The position numbers were made by a program, and so were the translations under genes. A stretch of 64,000 nucleotides of DNA from Podarcis liolepis (Eukaryota). Shown in pieces: positions 37,699 through 50,908 of the stretch (position 1 is its first letter; each line of letters begins with the position of its first letter). The DNA is taken from NCBI GenBank assembly GCA_965112155.1, contig OZ218104.1. The stretch is one strand, 5' to 3'. The notes under the pieces are model-generated. The model saw nothing but the letters and a program-made list of their open reading frames with translations. It had not been told where the DNA came from and did no database searches.

Positions 37699-38838
37699 GG
37701 AACTGGTCTTCTACCGAGTCATACCCTTGCCAGATCTAGCTCAGTACTGTCTACAATGGCTGGTAGTGGCTCTTCAGGCTTTACATTCTCAGGCCTCCCT
37801 GGATATGCCAAGGATTGAACTTGGGTCCTTCTGCATGCAAAGCATGCTCTACCACTGAGCTATGGCCTGCCTCTCTTTTAAAAAAGGGCAAGGTCAGGGA
37901 TTATGGAAGTTGTAAATAGCAACATCTGGAGGGCTACAGGTTCCCTCTGCTTTAAGACATCAGAATGATTGCTGTGTGCAATGGTGAGGCAAATTCTAGG
38001 ACCAGTGGGAGACTTCAGGAGGGAAGCTTTCTTGTCATACTATGTCAGAAGATACCCCAGAGCAATGGAGGGGCTCTTTCTGTGGGTGGTTATTTTGGCT
38101 GCCAGCCATCTCCTGAGTAGTACGAATGAGTGGGCAGTAAATTTAGACTGGCACAAATAAACATTCCAAACAGGTTAACTAATAGAGCCATGCCCTTTAT
38201 TTCAATCCATAAATTGTGTCTCATCTCTTCATTCTGGATGTGGGGAGAGGGCATCATACAGGGGCACAGCAAATATACTTATTGTTCAGTAAGCAAGTTA
38301 GGTGAGGTGAGACCCTGATAGGGCCCTGAAAACAATTCATAATCACTGTCCATTGCAAAAAGAGCCAGAAGCCTGAGCTGAGTGTTGGGGAGTCATTGTT
38401 AACACGGGGATCAGCACTCAGATGCTGCAAAATGTTCTAAGAACATGCCTGAGAATAAAAAAATGAAACAAAACAATGTAATGGAGGTGTTATTGGAAAA
38501 CAATTGAAATTAACAAATGATATTGATAAGTGAATGGAAGTCATTAAACTAATGGGATGGTATTTAATATAACTGAAATGTAATTGAAATCTTTTTTTAA
38601 AAAAAATCACATAAATTTCAGTGTAGAAGTGGATACACCAACTGCTGATTCTGCAGAAGGCTGATATTAAAAACCTGACGTATCAAAAGAGAATATTTAT
38701 CCAGGGAAATACATTAATAACTACAAGCAAATGGTTATTATTATTATGGGATTGGTACAAGAAGTGTGGAATATAGTAATATGAAAGGGGGGGAATACAG
38801 AAGATTAGAAAGAGATGGTGAATGCACAAGTTATTTTA

Positions 38839-38870
38839 TTTTATTTTTAAATCATATTTATTGAAATTTC
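38839..38870 (-). mobile_element. Extremely 5'-truncated retrotransposon tail (L1-like) with 18-bp TSD
   Basis: AATGCACAAGTTATTTTA at 38821-38838 and 38871-38888 flanks 32 bp that read gaaatttcAATAAAtatgatttaaaaataaaa on the minus strand. Confidence 0.6.
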
Positions 38871-39720
38871 AATGCACAAGTTATTTTAAAATATCTGAAT
38901 CACAAGGAACAAAGCTACTCAGTCCTATTTGGCACTGGGCTCAATATAATAAGGTGAGACCTGGGATGGAAGGTTGCTATAAGTATCTGCCAATCCTGGT
39001 TCATTCAGTATTTCATTCTTCCCATCTTAATCCAAATACTCCATATTTTGCAGCCATTTGTGATTTATTTAATTTTAAGAAGAAACTCCTTATGAAAACT
39101 CTGCAAAATTTTAATGTGAATTTCTCCGAATGATGCTCCTAAGTGGAGGCAATTTTGCCACACTTTAACTTCCCTGAGAAGATGACTTGCATAGTCTTAC
39201 CCAGGTGAGGAGAGAGGCTAGATGTCAGAACAGATCATAACCTGGGATTTTATACATGATTGAAACACCACTGTATACAACAATTGCAACAAATTAGAAT
39301 GGCATAAAGATTTCCATCCCAACTGATGTTCATGAAATGCAACTGAGAAGGAGTTCGTGTCCCAGCAACATGTACTTTGCCAATAAAAGTTGTGATTTCT
39401 ATGCTTGTTCAATGTTGACTCGTGATCATTGTTTCTGGATAGCCACCCCCCAAAACAATGTGTCCAAAAAGAAGTAACCCTCATGCTTCCTCCGTTTTCA
39501 TGATAACTGAAGGAGACAAAGGATGACTGTTCACAGGACTCTCGGTGCACAAATAATCCTCTGTATCATCTCACAAGCAAAATGATTTATCATAATTATG
39601 GCCTGACATTCACTGGTTTCATTACTCTTGAGAGCTATAAATTCTCATTTGAAAATGACCCTGTGGTTAGAAATGGCATAGCAGAACAGAAAGAGCTGTA
39701 ATGATGTTAAAATCTGAATA

Positions 39721-40150
39721 CCGAGACCACATATCACCAGCCTACATAGGCTCCCAGTACGTTTCCAAGCACAATTCAAAGTGTTGGTGCTGACTTTTAA
39801 AGCCCTAAACGGCCTCGGTCCAGTATACCTGAAGGAGCATCTCCACCCCCATTGTTCTGCACAGTCACTGAGGTCCAGCGCCAATGGCCTTCTGGCGGTT
39901 CCCTCACTTCAGGAAGCCAAGTTACAGGAAATCAGGCAGAGCACCTTCTCGATAGTGGCACCCGCCCTGTGGAACGCCCTCCCACCAGATGTCAAAGAGA
40001 ACAACAACTACCAGACTTTTAGAAGACACCTGGAGGCAGTCCTGTTTAGGGAAGCTTTTAATGTTTAATAGATTATTGTATTTTAATATTTTGTTGGAAG
40101 CTGCCCAGAGTGTCTGGGGAAACCCAGCCAGATGAGTGGGGTATAAATAA

Positions 40151-40206
<56 letters not shown>
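39721..40206 (+). mobile_element. L2 LINE 3' end with long (TTA)n tail
   Basis: VLVLTFKALNGLGPVYLKEHL...FSIVAPALWNALP...FRRHLEAVLFREAF; (TTA)n at 40152-40206. Confidence 0.92.
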
Positions 40207-40207
<1 letters not shown>

Positions 40208-40492
40208 CATAATTCCCAGGCAAATAAATGTGCCTGGGTCAAGTGACTCCAGAGTGTTTCTGGAGTCTCTGGTGTATCTATAGAGTTCTGGTAGAAGAAG
40301 AAATCTTCTTATTTTGGATACTGAGTAATGTTTTATCACCTTCATGCAGTGGCATGGTACCCACTGAGCCCTCTGATTCATAGTAGGAGTAGGAAGCATT
40401 TGAGGATGAGGATTTTGTTGTTGTTTAGTCATTTAGTCATGTCCGACTCAAGGACGTAGAAAAGGAGGGAGAGAAGAGACTATGCAGTAGAG

Positions 40493-40628
40493 CAGGCATA
40501 GGCAAACTTGTCCCTCCAGCTGTTTTGGGGCTACAATTCCCATTATCCCTGACCACTGGTCCTGTTAGCTAGGGATGATGGGAGTTGTAGTCCCAAAATA
40601 TCTGGAGGGCTGAGTTTACCTATGCCTG
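40493..40628. mobile_element. hAT MITE
   Basis: TIRs caggcataggcaaact / agtttacctatgcctg; perfect 8-bp TSD CAGTAGAG. Confidence 0.9.
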
Positions 40629-41259
40629 CAGTAGAGCCTGCTTGATGAAGCTCCTATCCCAGATGTACCAGGACCTGATGAGGCAGGAATTCCAGGGGCT
40701 GCCCTTCCCCAGTTAGGTTCTTGGTTGGGTCTTAGATTATTTACAAAAACATTTATATACCACTGTATCATAAAAATACATCACAGTGGTTTACAACAAT
40801 ATAAAAAGATAAAACGAAACAATAAAAACATTTAAAACATAAAAAGTTCAAAACAAGTTAAAACCAAAAAGAAGGAAGTGATTAAGTTATTTGGAAGAGC
40901 TTATGTTAGCTTTACCAATCTAGACCTCTTAGTGCTCACACTCGTCAAACAGGCCTGCCCTTCTCCAGAAGTGAAAACTATCAGCACAAATCACAAGGCA
41001 TTAAAAAACTGCAGACAGTAGCAGCTCTGCCTCTAGGCAACCTACAAAGGGAACCTTGCAGCCTCTCCCACCTCACATGGGTGAAGGATGCGTAAATTCA
41101 TTTGTCAGACTGGACATGAAACTTCTAGAAATAATCTATCACACTGCACTACAGTTCATCATGTCAAGAACAGGTTCCAACAATCTCTTCCTCTGGTGTG
41201 GACATAAAGTGGATTAGCAACAGCTTGTCATTTTGCCCAAACTGTCAAACTTACAGTTA

Positions 41260-41477
41260 GGACTCATCCACACCTCCTCTTGTTCCACTGCTTTCCCCTG
41301 GGCAGAACCATTCTCTAGTGCTCTATTGGAGCAAACAGCAATTAGGGTTTTCTGTGGATTGCCATTTGTTCTTATTTAGAGCTAAAGAGCAGGCTTTTCC
41401 TTGGGAAAAGAGTGGGGCAAGCAGAAAACTGCTCAGACCCATGCTTTCTTGGAATGGGACAAAGTTTGGATGAGCCC
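41260..41477. mobile_element. PIF/Harbinger-like MITE
   Basis: TIRs ggactcatcca / tggatgagccc with TTA on both sides. Confidence 0.7.
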
Positions 41478-42341
41478 TTAATGTGTATTATGGTTGCTTG
41501 GAACAAGCCATCTTAAATCAAGCCATCTGCAAAACAGCAGATTAATGCATGGATGTCATTATCAAGCATGATCCCAATCCCCTTTGCATGCATTGATTAT
41601 ACATATGTTAAAAAATATCTGAACAAGAGGTAAAGGAGATTGGACAAAGAAGGAGAGAGGTTGATTTATAATTCCGGAATAGTCTATAAGCAATAAGCAA
41701 CACTTACAGTAGGTTGCTAAAGTTTCCATCTCAACATTTCTCATACTAGAAATATGATTTAAAATGCATTTCACCAAATTTTAAGTTATATTAAACAAAT
41801 AGTTGGTATTGATTAATAGTCATTTCTCAGCTGTATGGCTTCTGGAACATAATGCCATTCATTGGCTTCAGATTATGAAAACAAGCTATCGCAATGTTGC
41901 TGTAATTTTTATTAGTTTGAGCCTAAGGCTTCCAATATCCCTGTTATTCAAGCTTTTATACAAATGGCCATCAAAACAGCTTCATGTTTCTCCAGCAAGA
42001 GTCAAAACAAGCCTTTTGACAGATTCAGATAGGGAACAAAGGAACAGAGTGCTCACAGACTGGTAGTACACATACCTCAAATTTCCATCCCCAGGTCATA
42101 AGCTCAAATGCAACTCCTGTGGCCAATTCTAATCATTTTCACTCGGTAGACTATTGTTTGTCAGGCAGAACAACCCTATACTCTCATTGCACCAAGACTG
42201 GAGATATATCACCACTACAGGGCAGAATGCACTGTATCCCATGCATGCTCAGCTTGGAAAAGGAGGTGAAACATACAAAAGTAAGGGTTTATAATTTTTT
42301 TAAGTGCTAAAACAAACTTTAGGTACACTAGTTGAGTCTCT

Positions 42342-43021
42342 CTCTACCCCCTCTGTTTGTCTTCCCCACTTCTGAAATCTCTCCGTTTGCTCCTCCCGAT
42401 TTCCCCTTTAACTTTCTATCCAGCTCTCCAATAATCCGCTTTTCGATACAAAGTCTCTAAAGTTTCCTTTCGTTTGTACACTTCTTCCAGTAGTTACTTT
42501 GCCCCGCGGAGTGAACCCCCGGCGGGGACTTCCTTCTCTTTGTTCTACAGCAGGCGAAGCTTGTTACTTTATCTCGCTCTTCCGATTAACTTCCCAGCGC
42601 CATCTTAGCTCCGAAATACAGGTCGGGCTCCTTAACTTAATCCATTAACATCTGCTGCGCCTTGAGGTCTATTCACCTATTTTTTATAATTCAACATTTA
42701 TCTTTCGGTTCCAAGGGCAGCAGTTCTAAAAGATTTCGGAAATCTGTCGCCACTTTTCAGCGGGGGCTCGAGACATAGCTGCACGGGGTCGCAGAGCTTA
42801 CCGAAGTGCGTCTCTCGGTCCCATTGCTTCAGAGTCCTCCCAAAATAGGGAAAGTTCCAAAAGGCTTCGGACCGACGCTGCTGGTAGCGTTTCCTTCCAG
42901 GGGGCCCCCCTGGAAGTTTGGGGGTCGCAGTGCCTTTGCGTTGCCCCTCAGAACCCCCGCGCAGCTCGGAGGAGTCGCTCAGCAACTTCTCCGCGCACCC
43001 ATACTGCTGGCGATCCAAACC
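42342..43021 (-). mobile_element. CpG-rich insertion, probably an L1 5' UTR segment
   Basis: Much higher CpG density than the flanks; YY1-type motif gcgccatctt near 42597; flanked by the 11-bp direct repeat GTTGAGTCTCT. Confidence 0.5.
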
Positions 43022-43276
43022 GTTGAGTCTCTTGAAACACTCTAACAGTGGTAAGGCTTGGAGAGGCCCCTGTTTGAAGTCCTGAAGGGGGCACTGCCAT
43101 TAATTGTAGACAATATTGAGCTAGATTGACTGATGGTCTAATGCAAAATAAGGCAGTTTCCTGTGTTCCGATGTTCTTCTATCAATCAAGAACTGTGCCA
43201 GCAACATTAAGAAGATGTCACCAGTGTAGTTATCATCACCACATAGGGTTGCCTGAGGGGGACTACCACAAGGTAC

Positions 43277-43431
43277 CTTATTTTTTCGTGTATTAGACTA
43301 GTTTCCCCCCCCCAAAAAAAATGTCAAAAATTAGGGGACGTCTTATACACGGCGCCATCTTTCTTAAATCTGAGTCCCCCAAAATAGGAGGCGTCTTATA
43401 CATGGGGGTGTCTTATAGACGAAAAAATACA
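43277..43431. mobile_element. Tc1/mariner (pogo/Tc2-like) MITE
   Basis: Imperfect TIRs ccttattttttcgtgtattagac / gtcttatagacgaaaaaatacag with TA flanks. Confidence 0.7.
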
Positions 43432-43509
43432 GTAAGTTCACATACAGGGATGAGATGAGCACTGACTCAATGTAGCAAATCCACTAAGAAAGAGCCACAC
43501 ACCCTAGGA

Positions 43510-43770
43510 CTGGCATGTCCAAAGTTCATTCTGGGGGCCTAATCCAGTCCGCCGGTCGATTTAATCTGGGTCCCGTGGCAGTATATGTCCTGGGGTAAAA
43601 TCCTAAAAAAAGCTCAGCAATTCAATGCTAAAAGAAGCTCAACAACTTTGCAGTTATATCCTAAAAAGCTCAATAACTTTGCAGTAAAATTGTAAACAAC
43701 TTCAGTCAGCCCTCACACATGTTAGCTTCATCAGATCTAGCCCTCTTTGAAAAAGATTTGGGCACCCCTG
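43510..43770. mobile_element. hAT MITE
   Basis: Termini ctggcatgtccaaa / tttgggcacccctg; perfect 8-bp TSD CCCTAGGA. Confidence 0.85.
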
Positions 43771-44084
43771 CCCTAGGAAGTATATGGACAGCACTGAGAG
43801 TACAAGAAAGAGGTTAGCTTTCATATTGGTCTTGTTCCCACAAACTGTTTGTTTTAAGGAGGTACAAAACAAGTTTTATATTTGAGATCTGTTTGTTGTT
43901 CTCAGATATCTGTGGGTTGGTGGTTTTAATGGTCACTGTAAAACTAGTTTTATTGTATTAATTTTTTATGTTGGGTTTTTATGCTGCTGTGGGAGCCCTT
44001 TGCAGGTTGAGCGTCGCAGGGTAAAAATAAATATCTGCAAGCACATAGGGAGAAGAGAGAATGAATTTGCAAAATTAGATGACC

Positions 44085-44380
44085 TTTTTTTATCCTTCCC
44101 TCATAATACTAGAACTCAGGGTCACCCGATGCATAAGCAATTTATGAAATTCACTGTCTGTGATGATGGTCAGAGGATTTAAAATGGAATTAGACAAATT
44201 TATGGGTAAGCCTGTCAGAAGGCAATACCCAGGATGGTACTGAGACTCAGGTTGCTGAGCGTGACGAACAGCACTGGAGAGCTGCTGTATTCTTATGGCT
44301 TCTCAGAAACTTCTGGCTCGCCATTGAGGCAAACAGCACATTGGACTAGATTGCCTTTTCATTTCATCAAACAGGATTTC
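44085..44380 (+). mobile_element. Old CR1 3' fragment
   Basis: cataatactagaactcagggtcacccgatg (HNTRTQGHPM) and ggaattagacaaatttatgg. Confidence 0.65.
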
Positions 44381-46077
44381 TTTGCTGCTTTTTAAATGAG
44401 TTCTATAAAAAAAATAGAAGGCAATTGAACAACACAAAATGTAACATTATAAATTAGGGGTAGATAGGGATTGACACATCTGTCAATTTCACTTTCTCTC
44501 AGGTTCTCTCCCCCCCCCCAAGAAACTTCAGCTTGGTTGTCCACATTTTCTTTCTAGTTTATTTTTTAAAAAATGCACTTCAGGAAAATCCACCAGCATT
44601 TTAGTGTGTACTTCTCTTAATAGACACAGTCTATTCCCTATTAGGCACAATTTTGCAAGCAATTTCCATTGATTTTATGCAGTTAGCACACTATTTTCTC
44701 TAACATATGCATTTATTTGCAAACTTCCTTGTAATATACATATTTATGTATACATTATTTGGTTGAAGATTTGCACCACAAATTTGCAGAAGTGTGAATT
44801 TTTCAGGGTAGCTGCAGATTGTGTCTAGTTTACATTTTGTTCTGGCAAATTTAAATTCTCTCATTCCCTGATTTAAATTCTCTCCCTCTCCGATTATTTT
44901 GGTGGAATGTGATTTCCTCAGCTTCCAGTCTCCCACATTCCATATGTGCATCCCAAGCCACTTACAATGTTATCTTTATGTTCCTAGTTACAGGAACTGG
45001 TCCTTGATCTCCTGTAAAAAGAGGCAGCAGGTGTCAAAATTGTCAATGTATTTGTACTGGATCTCATATATTTTAAAAGCAAGTAATTAGAATAATCCAC
45101 ATATACTTCAAAGCTATGAATAATTCATTCCCTGCACATCAATAAAATAATTATTACATATTATCATTCTTAGCTCTGTACTTCAATCTCACTCACATCA
45201 TGTCACTGCGAATGCAATGTGCCCTTTTATTTTTCATATTAATAAATATTAATAAATTAATTAATAAATATTAATAAATATTACTAAGAGAATGAGGGAA
45301 AGAGGAATAAGGTTTACCTTTAGCCATCAGTTCTAGTAGATTGGCAAGAACTCGAAAGTGTTCTTGCTCACTGTAGTCTTCAGTTTCTCACACATCCCAA
45401 AGTACACATGCCTATGACGAAGGCCACTTCTGTGCCATAAATAGAATACACTATTATACTGCTTTAACAGTCATGACTTCTGCCAGAGAATCCTGGAAAC
45501 TGTAGTTTAAGAGTGCTGAGAGTTGTTAGGAGACCCCCATTTCTCTCCTGGAGCTCCAGCTCCAGGAGTTCCCTGTGAAGAAAGATTGACTGCTAAACCA
45601 CTGTCAGAATTGTAGCTCTGACAGGCAAGATATAGTAACTTATATCATCATAGGGTGTGTGTGAAGTGAGGGCTGCAGAATAGAAGAAGAAGTGGGGCCC
45701 GGTGTACAAGGGGAGTTGAGGAAAGGGGAAAGGTTGCAGGAAAAATGGGTGAAGGTCCAAATGAGGGGTACAAAGGGGGTTGCAAATAGGAGGGAGTAGT
45801 GTCTGAAAGGGTCTGAAGATAGGAGGGGGGTGGCTTCATAGCTCAGCAGAAAAAGTGTGGTTAGTATAGGCAGTGTGTGGGAGGAGGAGATTGCAGGAGA
45901 TTACCATGGGGGTGGTTTGTGTGCAAGCATGGTGCAAAAAAGGAGGACAAAGAGGAGGCTTGGGCATGGGGGTGAAGGTGCAAAAGCAGACATTCAGAAC
46001 AGAAGAGTGAAGTGGCTTCAGAAATGGGCTTGGAAAGGTGAAAAGTGAGCATGGCATGGGAAGGGGAAACTCTAGAG

Positions 46078-46215
46078 CAGCGGCTCTCAACCTGTGGGTT
46101 CCCAGATGTTGTTAGACTACAATTCCCATCATCCCTGAGCTCTGGCCTTGCTAGCTAGGGGTGATGGGAATTGTAGTTCAACAACATCTGGGGAACGACA
46201 GGTTGAGAAAGGCTG
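46078..46215. mobile_element. hAT MITE
   Basis: TIRs cagcggctctcaacctgt / acaggttgagaaaggctg; perfect 8-bp TSD CTCTAGAG. Confidence 0.9.
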
Positions 46216-47582
46216 CTCTAGAGGGTTAATGTGGGTATATAGTGTGGGTATATAGCAATAGATACACATTCTGAAGTACTGTCTGTTGCCCAGGAATTTC
46301 TAGACACCATTAAATATTGACATTATTAAATGGGTAGTGAAAAATTGTAGTTTTAGGGATTCAGGGAACACCTGACCTGGATCAGCCCCTGAATCAATTT
46401 GAAGCTGGGGCTAATGATTAATTAGTGCTTTTAAAGTGCTATGTGTTCAGCATGTAGGAAACATGCTGGCTAAGAAGACCCCTGCAGCCAACACAACTGA
46501 ACCAGTTGTGCCAGGCCTGCTTAGCCTCCCTATTCTGCCCCCCCCATATTGTCCACTATGAGTCCTGACTTGGTGTGGTTCAGGCCACAGCTATCCCTGC
46601 CACTGCCACCACTCCCTCCTTCTATTCCATGGCTACTACTTAGCTGGCTGCCACCACTGCTGCATTCTGGGAAGTGTTTGCCTGAGCCAGACTCACCTCA
46701 CTCAGCCCCCAGACTATTGCTATTGCCATTGGGGCCATAATCAAGAGACCAACTAACCTCCATCACTGGTCTATCAATGGTCACAGTAGCCAGTTGTTTT
46801 CTCCACCCCCACCCCCCACTGCAGTCCTGGATTTAGGTCTCATCTTTCTGCCTTGGGACTTCTTGGCCATTGGCTACTCACATTTTAATCCTGCTGATGT
46901 CTCCTTCCCCAGCACATTCCCAGTGGGTAGAACTATGGTTCCCGTGATTTTTGAGAGAAGGCATGTCCTTTAAATGTGTTCTGAATGTGCATGAAAAGTA
47001 TTGCATTGATGTGACCTTTGTCTCTAAACTGCAGGAATTGACACTAGCAACATTTAAAAAATGTATCTCCAAAGGGAATGGAAAATGCATAAAATAGGGA
47101 GAAGTGATTTACCTGACTCAGATATGAGGGGAAAGGGCTGTCCCAGCTAAATAGGCACAGTTGAAGCATATGAAATACTTGTGCTTTGACACAGCCCATA
47201 GGCAGCCAATTGAAGACATGGACCATGACCTAACATCATGATGAGTAAATCTGGCAGATCTCAGATAATCTCATTTCTGTTCTGAAGACTGGAATAATGT
47301 ATTTCTTTGAAAGCCATGTGAAGGCTCATCTGTTTAATTTGTTTTGGGGCTTAGTCACAGAAATGCTGAGAACATGGTTCAGTGGTAATTGAAATCACTG
47401 ATAGTACAGGCACACAGTGGACACAGGATCAAGCTCTTAATTAAAAAATACACTAATCACACACAGTTCTAAATCCTGTTCTTGGGTGTACTTACTCCAT
47501 TCTAAGTGAAACTAATCAGAGCTGTGCACTGACTTTCACAGAGGGAACAGACTATATTTCCAGCAGCATAACTCTCCCATTT

Positions 47583-47675
47583 GGTATCTGCATGCACACA
47601 AAAGCTCATACCAATAACAAACTTAGCTGGTCTCTAAGGTGCTACTGGAAGGATTTTTTTTAAAAAAAAATTGTT
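47583..47675 (+). mobile_element. Short Penelope-like terminal (pLTR) insertion
   Basis: aaagctcataccaataacaaacttagctggtctctaaggtgctactgg resembles reptile Penelope termini; 10-bp direct repeat TCTCCCATTT on both sides. Confidence 0.6.
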
Positions 47676-47690
47676 TCTCCCATTTTAAAT

Positions 47691-48045
47691 CATAGAATCA
47701 GAATTTAGAGTTGAAAGAGATCCCATGGGCCTTCTAGTCTTCCTTCCTGCAATACAGAAACATCAACTAAAGCATCCATGACAGATTGCCATCCAACCTC
47801 TGCTTAGAAACTTCCAAGGAAGGAGAGTCCACCACCACCTTCCAGGGGGGAGGCGCTGTTTCACTGGTGAACAGCTCTTACCTTCTTCCTGATGTTTAGT
47901 CAGAATCTCCTTTCTTGTAACTTGAAGCTATTGGTTCATCTCTTACCCTCCAGAGCAGGAGAAAACAAGCTTGCTCCATCTTTCTCATGACAGCCCTTTA
48001 GATATTTGATGGTGGCTGTCATATCTCCTATCACTCTCCTCTTTT
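47691..48045 (-). mobile_element. CR1 LINE 3' end
   Basis: atcatagaatc tail; ccatccaacctctgcttagaaacttccaaggaaggagagtccacc is the reverse complement of the 690-898 family. Confidence 0.85.
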
Positions 48046-50659
48046 CCATCTCATCTGGTGCTGCTCAACCAGATGGCCAGGGCCAGGGCAGGGCCATTGC
48101 TCAGTGGTAGAGCATTTGCTTTATATGCAGATGGTCCAGATTCAACCCCAACATCTTCAGGTAGGGCTGAGACAGACCTGTCTGAAATTTTGTCAAGCCA
48201 GTGCCAATCAACGTAGGCAACTCTGAGGTAGATGGATCAGTGTTCTGACTTAGAACAAGGTTCCTATATTTCAGTGTCCATGGGAAGTACCCATTGCCAC
48301 CACTACATTGAAATGTTCTTTGGGACAGGAGGCCATCTCTTTCACCTAGGTAAATTTGCAGTGTTCCACATTATGTTGATTTCCACACATCAAAGTCAAT
48401 AATCTCTAAGGATGATATTATTAATATTTTAATTTATTAGTGTTGATGATAACCTTGAAGTCATGCACAGTTTAGGTAGGAGCAATGTGCCTTAAGGATA
48501 GCATGTTTCCTTAAGGATAGCATGCTTCCACATAAACATACCTTGAAATCACCTTGAAAAGACCCTCTTCATACTCATTACCATCTAAGAGAAGGTGGGT
48601 GGGTGGCACAACACGGGGTCTTTATGGCATACTGCCCCATTTTTAATCCCTTTCACAGATAGCAAAGTTAATCAGAGGTGAACAAAATTCCCATTTCAAG
48701 CAAATAATTAAGTTGTAACTGCAGGAAAGTGAATCCCTTTGAAAGAAGGAATTAGCTGTACTGAAGGAAAACCAAAAACTCCATTACATTAGAGTTGGGA
48801 AACTCTTTTCAAAACAAGAGCCACATTTCCTTCTGTGCAACCTTCTGAGGGCCACATGGCAGTGGTGGGTGGGGCCAGAGGCAAAAGTGGGGGCAGCAAC
48901 GAATGCAAATTATACCTCTGTATAGTAGGCTACTTTCTGCGCACACACACTCACTCAGCCACCCTTCTTTACCCCCAATTCAGACAAGCAAGAGACATTT
49001 TCAGAGGTGAAGAACACATGGGCATAGCCGGGGAGGGGGCAGGGAGGGGCAGCTGCTCCCGCAATCAATAAAAATAATAAAAATACATAGAAAACTGAGG
49101 TTCTGCCCCCCTAACAAAAGGCTTGCCCCCCCCCACCAAAAATTCTGGCTATGCCCCTGCTTATTGCCAATGTGGAACATCATGAGGACCAGATTGGAAT
49201 CAACTGCTGGGCCTTTGATTCACCACCACTGCTTTACAGTGGTTACATACACAGGACCGTTTATTCCATTTTCATGACGTTCCCCTATTAATTTCCACAT
49301 TATATTTGAGCTCTCACATAATATAAAAGCCACTTTCTGAAATATAGTAGAATATAGTGCAAGTTTAGCACATTTCCATATTATCTGTGAATGTTTTTTT
49401 CTTTTCTTCTGGAAACAAAAGCACAGAAATAGATAATAATTTATAATATTATTTCTACCCTGCCCATCTGGAGAGAGATGGGGCACTTGTTACCTAGAAT
49501 ATGCTGTGAAGGACATCTCTGGGGCAGAGGTAAACTCTCTAGGGCAGAGGGAAAATTAAGATCAGATCAAGACTGTACTAGAAAATCATGTTTACAACAG
49601 AAGAATAAATGCTTGGGCAAACAGAAACATCTTCTGATGGTACTTGAAAGCCATGAAAGAGGGCACTAGACAGAGGAAGGAAATTTCACATGCAATGCAA
49701 TGTCCAATGTAGAGTTGGAAGCTGCAATACTAACTTCACACCATGCACAGCGATGACACTAAAGTCCTACAGAGAGCAGATCAGTAGCAGCTCCCTCCTC
49801 TGGGAAGCTAGTTTATGGAAAGAAAAAAAATGGTACCTGGTGCCTTAAGAGGGGATTATTTACAGTTCCAAATTAAACCCTGTGAAGGCCCCTAGGCCTA
49901 GGGGGGCTTGCAAATTATCTCCTAATATGTTTTTGACTTTACCAACCAACAATTTTAGTAAACCAATTTCAAGATCAAATCAATATCTGTTGTTGCGTGG
50001 CCCCTAAAAAGCATGGTGCCCATAGGCTGGTCGGTGCTTACTCTGCCTATTTGGTAATCTGGCACTGATTCTTTAGCAGTATATTCTGAAATATAGGTGC
50101 AAGTTACCTTTAAAACTGAGTGGTTTAAAGTACTGTGTGTTATGTTACCAAACACATATATTTTTATGAAGTCGTTTGGACAAATTAAACACAGGGTTAT
50201 CTACTCAGGCAAGGAAAAGGGAGTAAAGGAGATAAGACCCTTGGATGAAACAATATCTTCAGGCTACAATTATCCATATCGGCTGCACGCTTATGTTCCT
50301 ATGTTGTTCAGATAAGAGAGTATTTCCCAACACTTTTAATGCATCACCTTCAAAATTACCTTGATTAAGATTTACTACAAATTTATGGCCACAAACCAAT
50401 GCCAATTCTTACATACTGAATTCAAGTGTGTGTCGGATAGTGGCTGAAACAAAAACATGTATGTGATTTTCATAAATGCTTTGCCCAGAAAAGGCATATA
50501 AATATTTTTTTAAGAGAGAGAGAACTAGGTAGTATCTGGGTCTTAGGAAGGAGCCGTAGATGTATAACTGATACTAATTTTTATTTAAGATTTTCACATG
50601 TCACAGAAGTAGTTTAAGGCTTACATGTAAATCAGAAGGATTGTCAAGAGGCTTTGCTT

Positions 50660-50662
<3 letters not shown>

Positions 50663-50696
<34 letters not shown>
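50663..50696. repeat. (TG)n microsatellite
   Basis: Direct reading. Confidence 0.95.
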
Positions 50697-50699
<3 letters not shown>

Positions 50700-50908
50700 G
50701 GAGTGCTACTCTACGTAAGTCCCCATAAAATGCTAAACATTCTAAATAGGTAAGTGAAATAGTGTCTCAGGGAAATATTACTAGTCTTATCAAAATTGAT
50801 TTGATATTCTTTAAATTTCACTTTAAGCAGACTGTGCAACAGCTAGGACTGCTTAAAGATTTCAGTTTTTCTGCATTTGGATATGAACCAATCTGATCAA
50901 AACTAATA

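Noticed and set aside
39201-39506. Possible minus-strand exon (cctttgtctccttcAG ... G|GTAAG)
   Set aside because: The long open frame stops before the donor, and there is no independent support.
45318-45400. Minus-strand peptide EDYSEQEHFRVLANLLELMAK ending at AAG|GTAAAC
   Set aside because: In-frame stop immediately upstream and no convincing acceptor.
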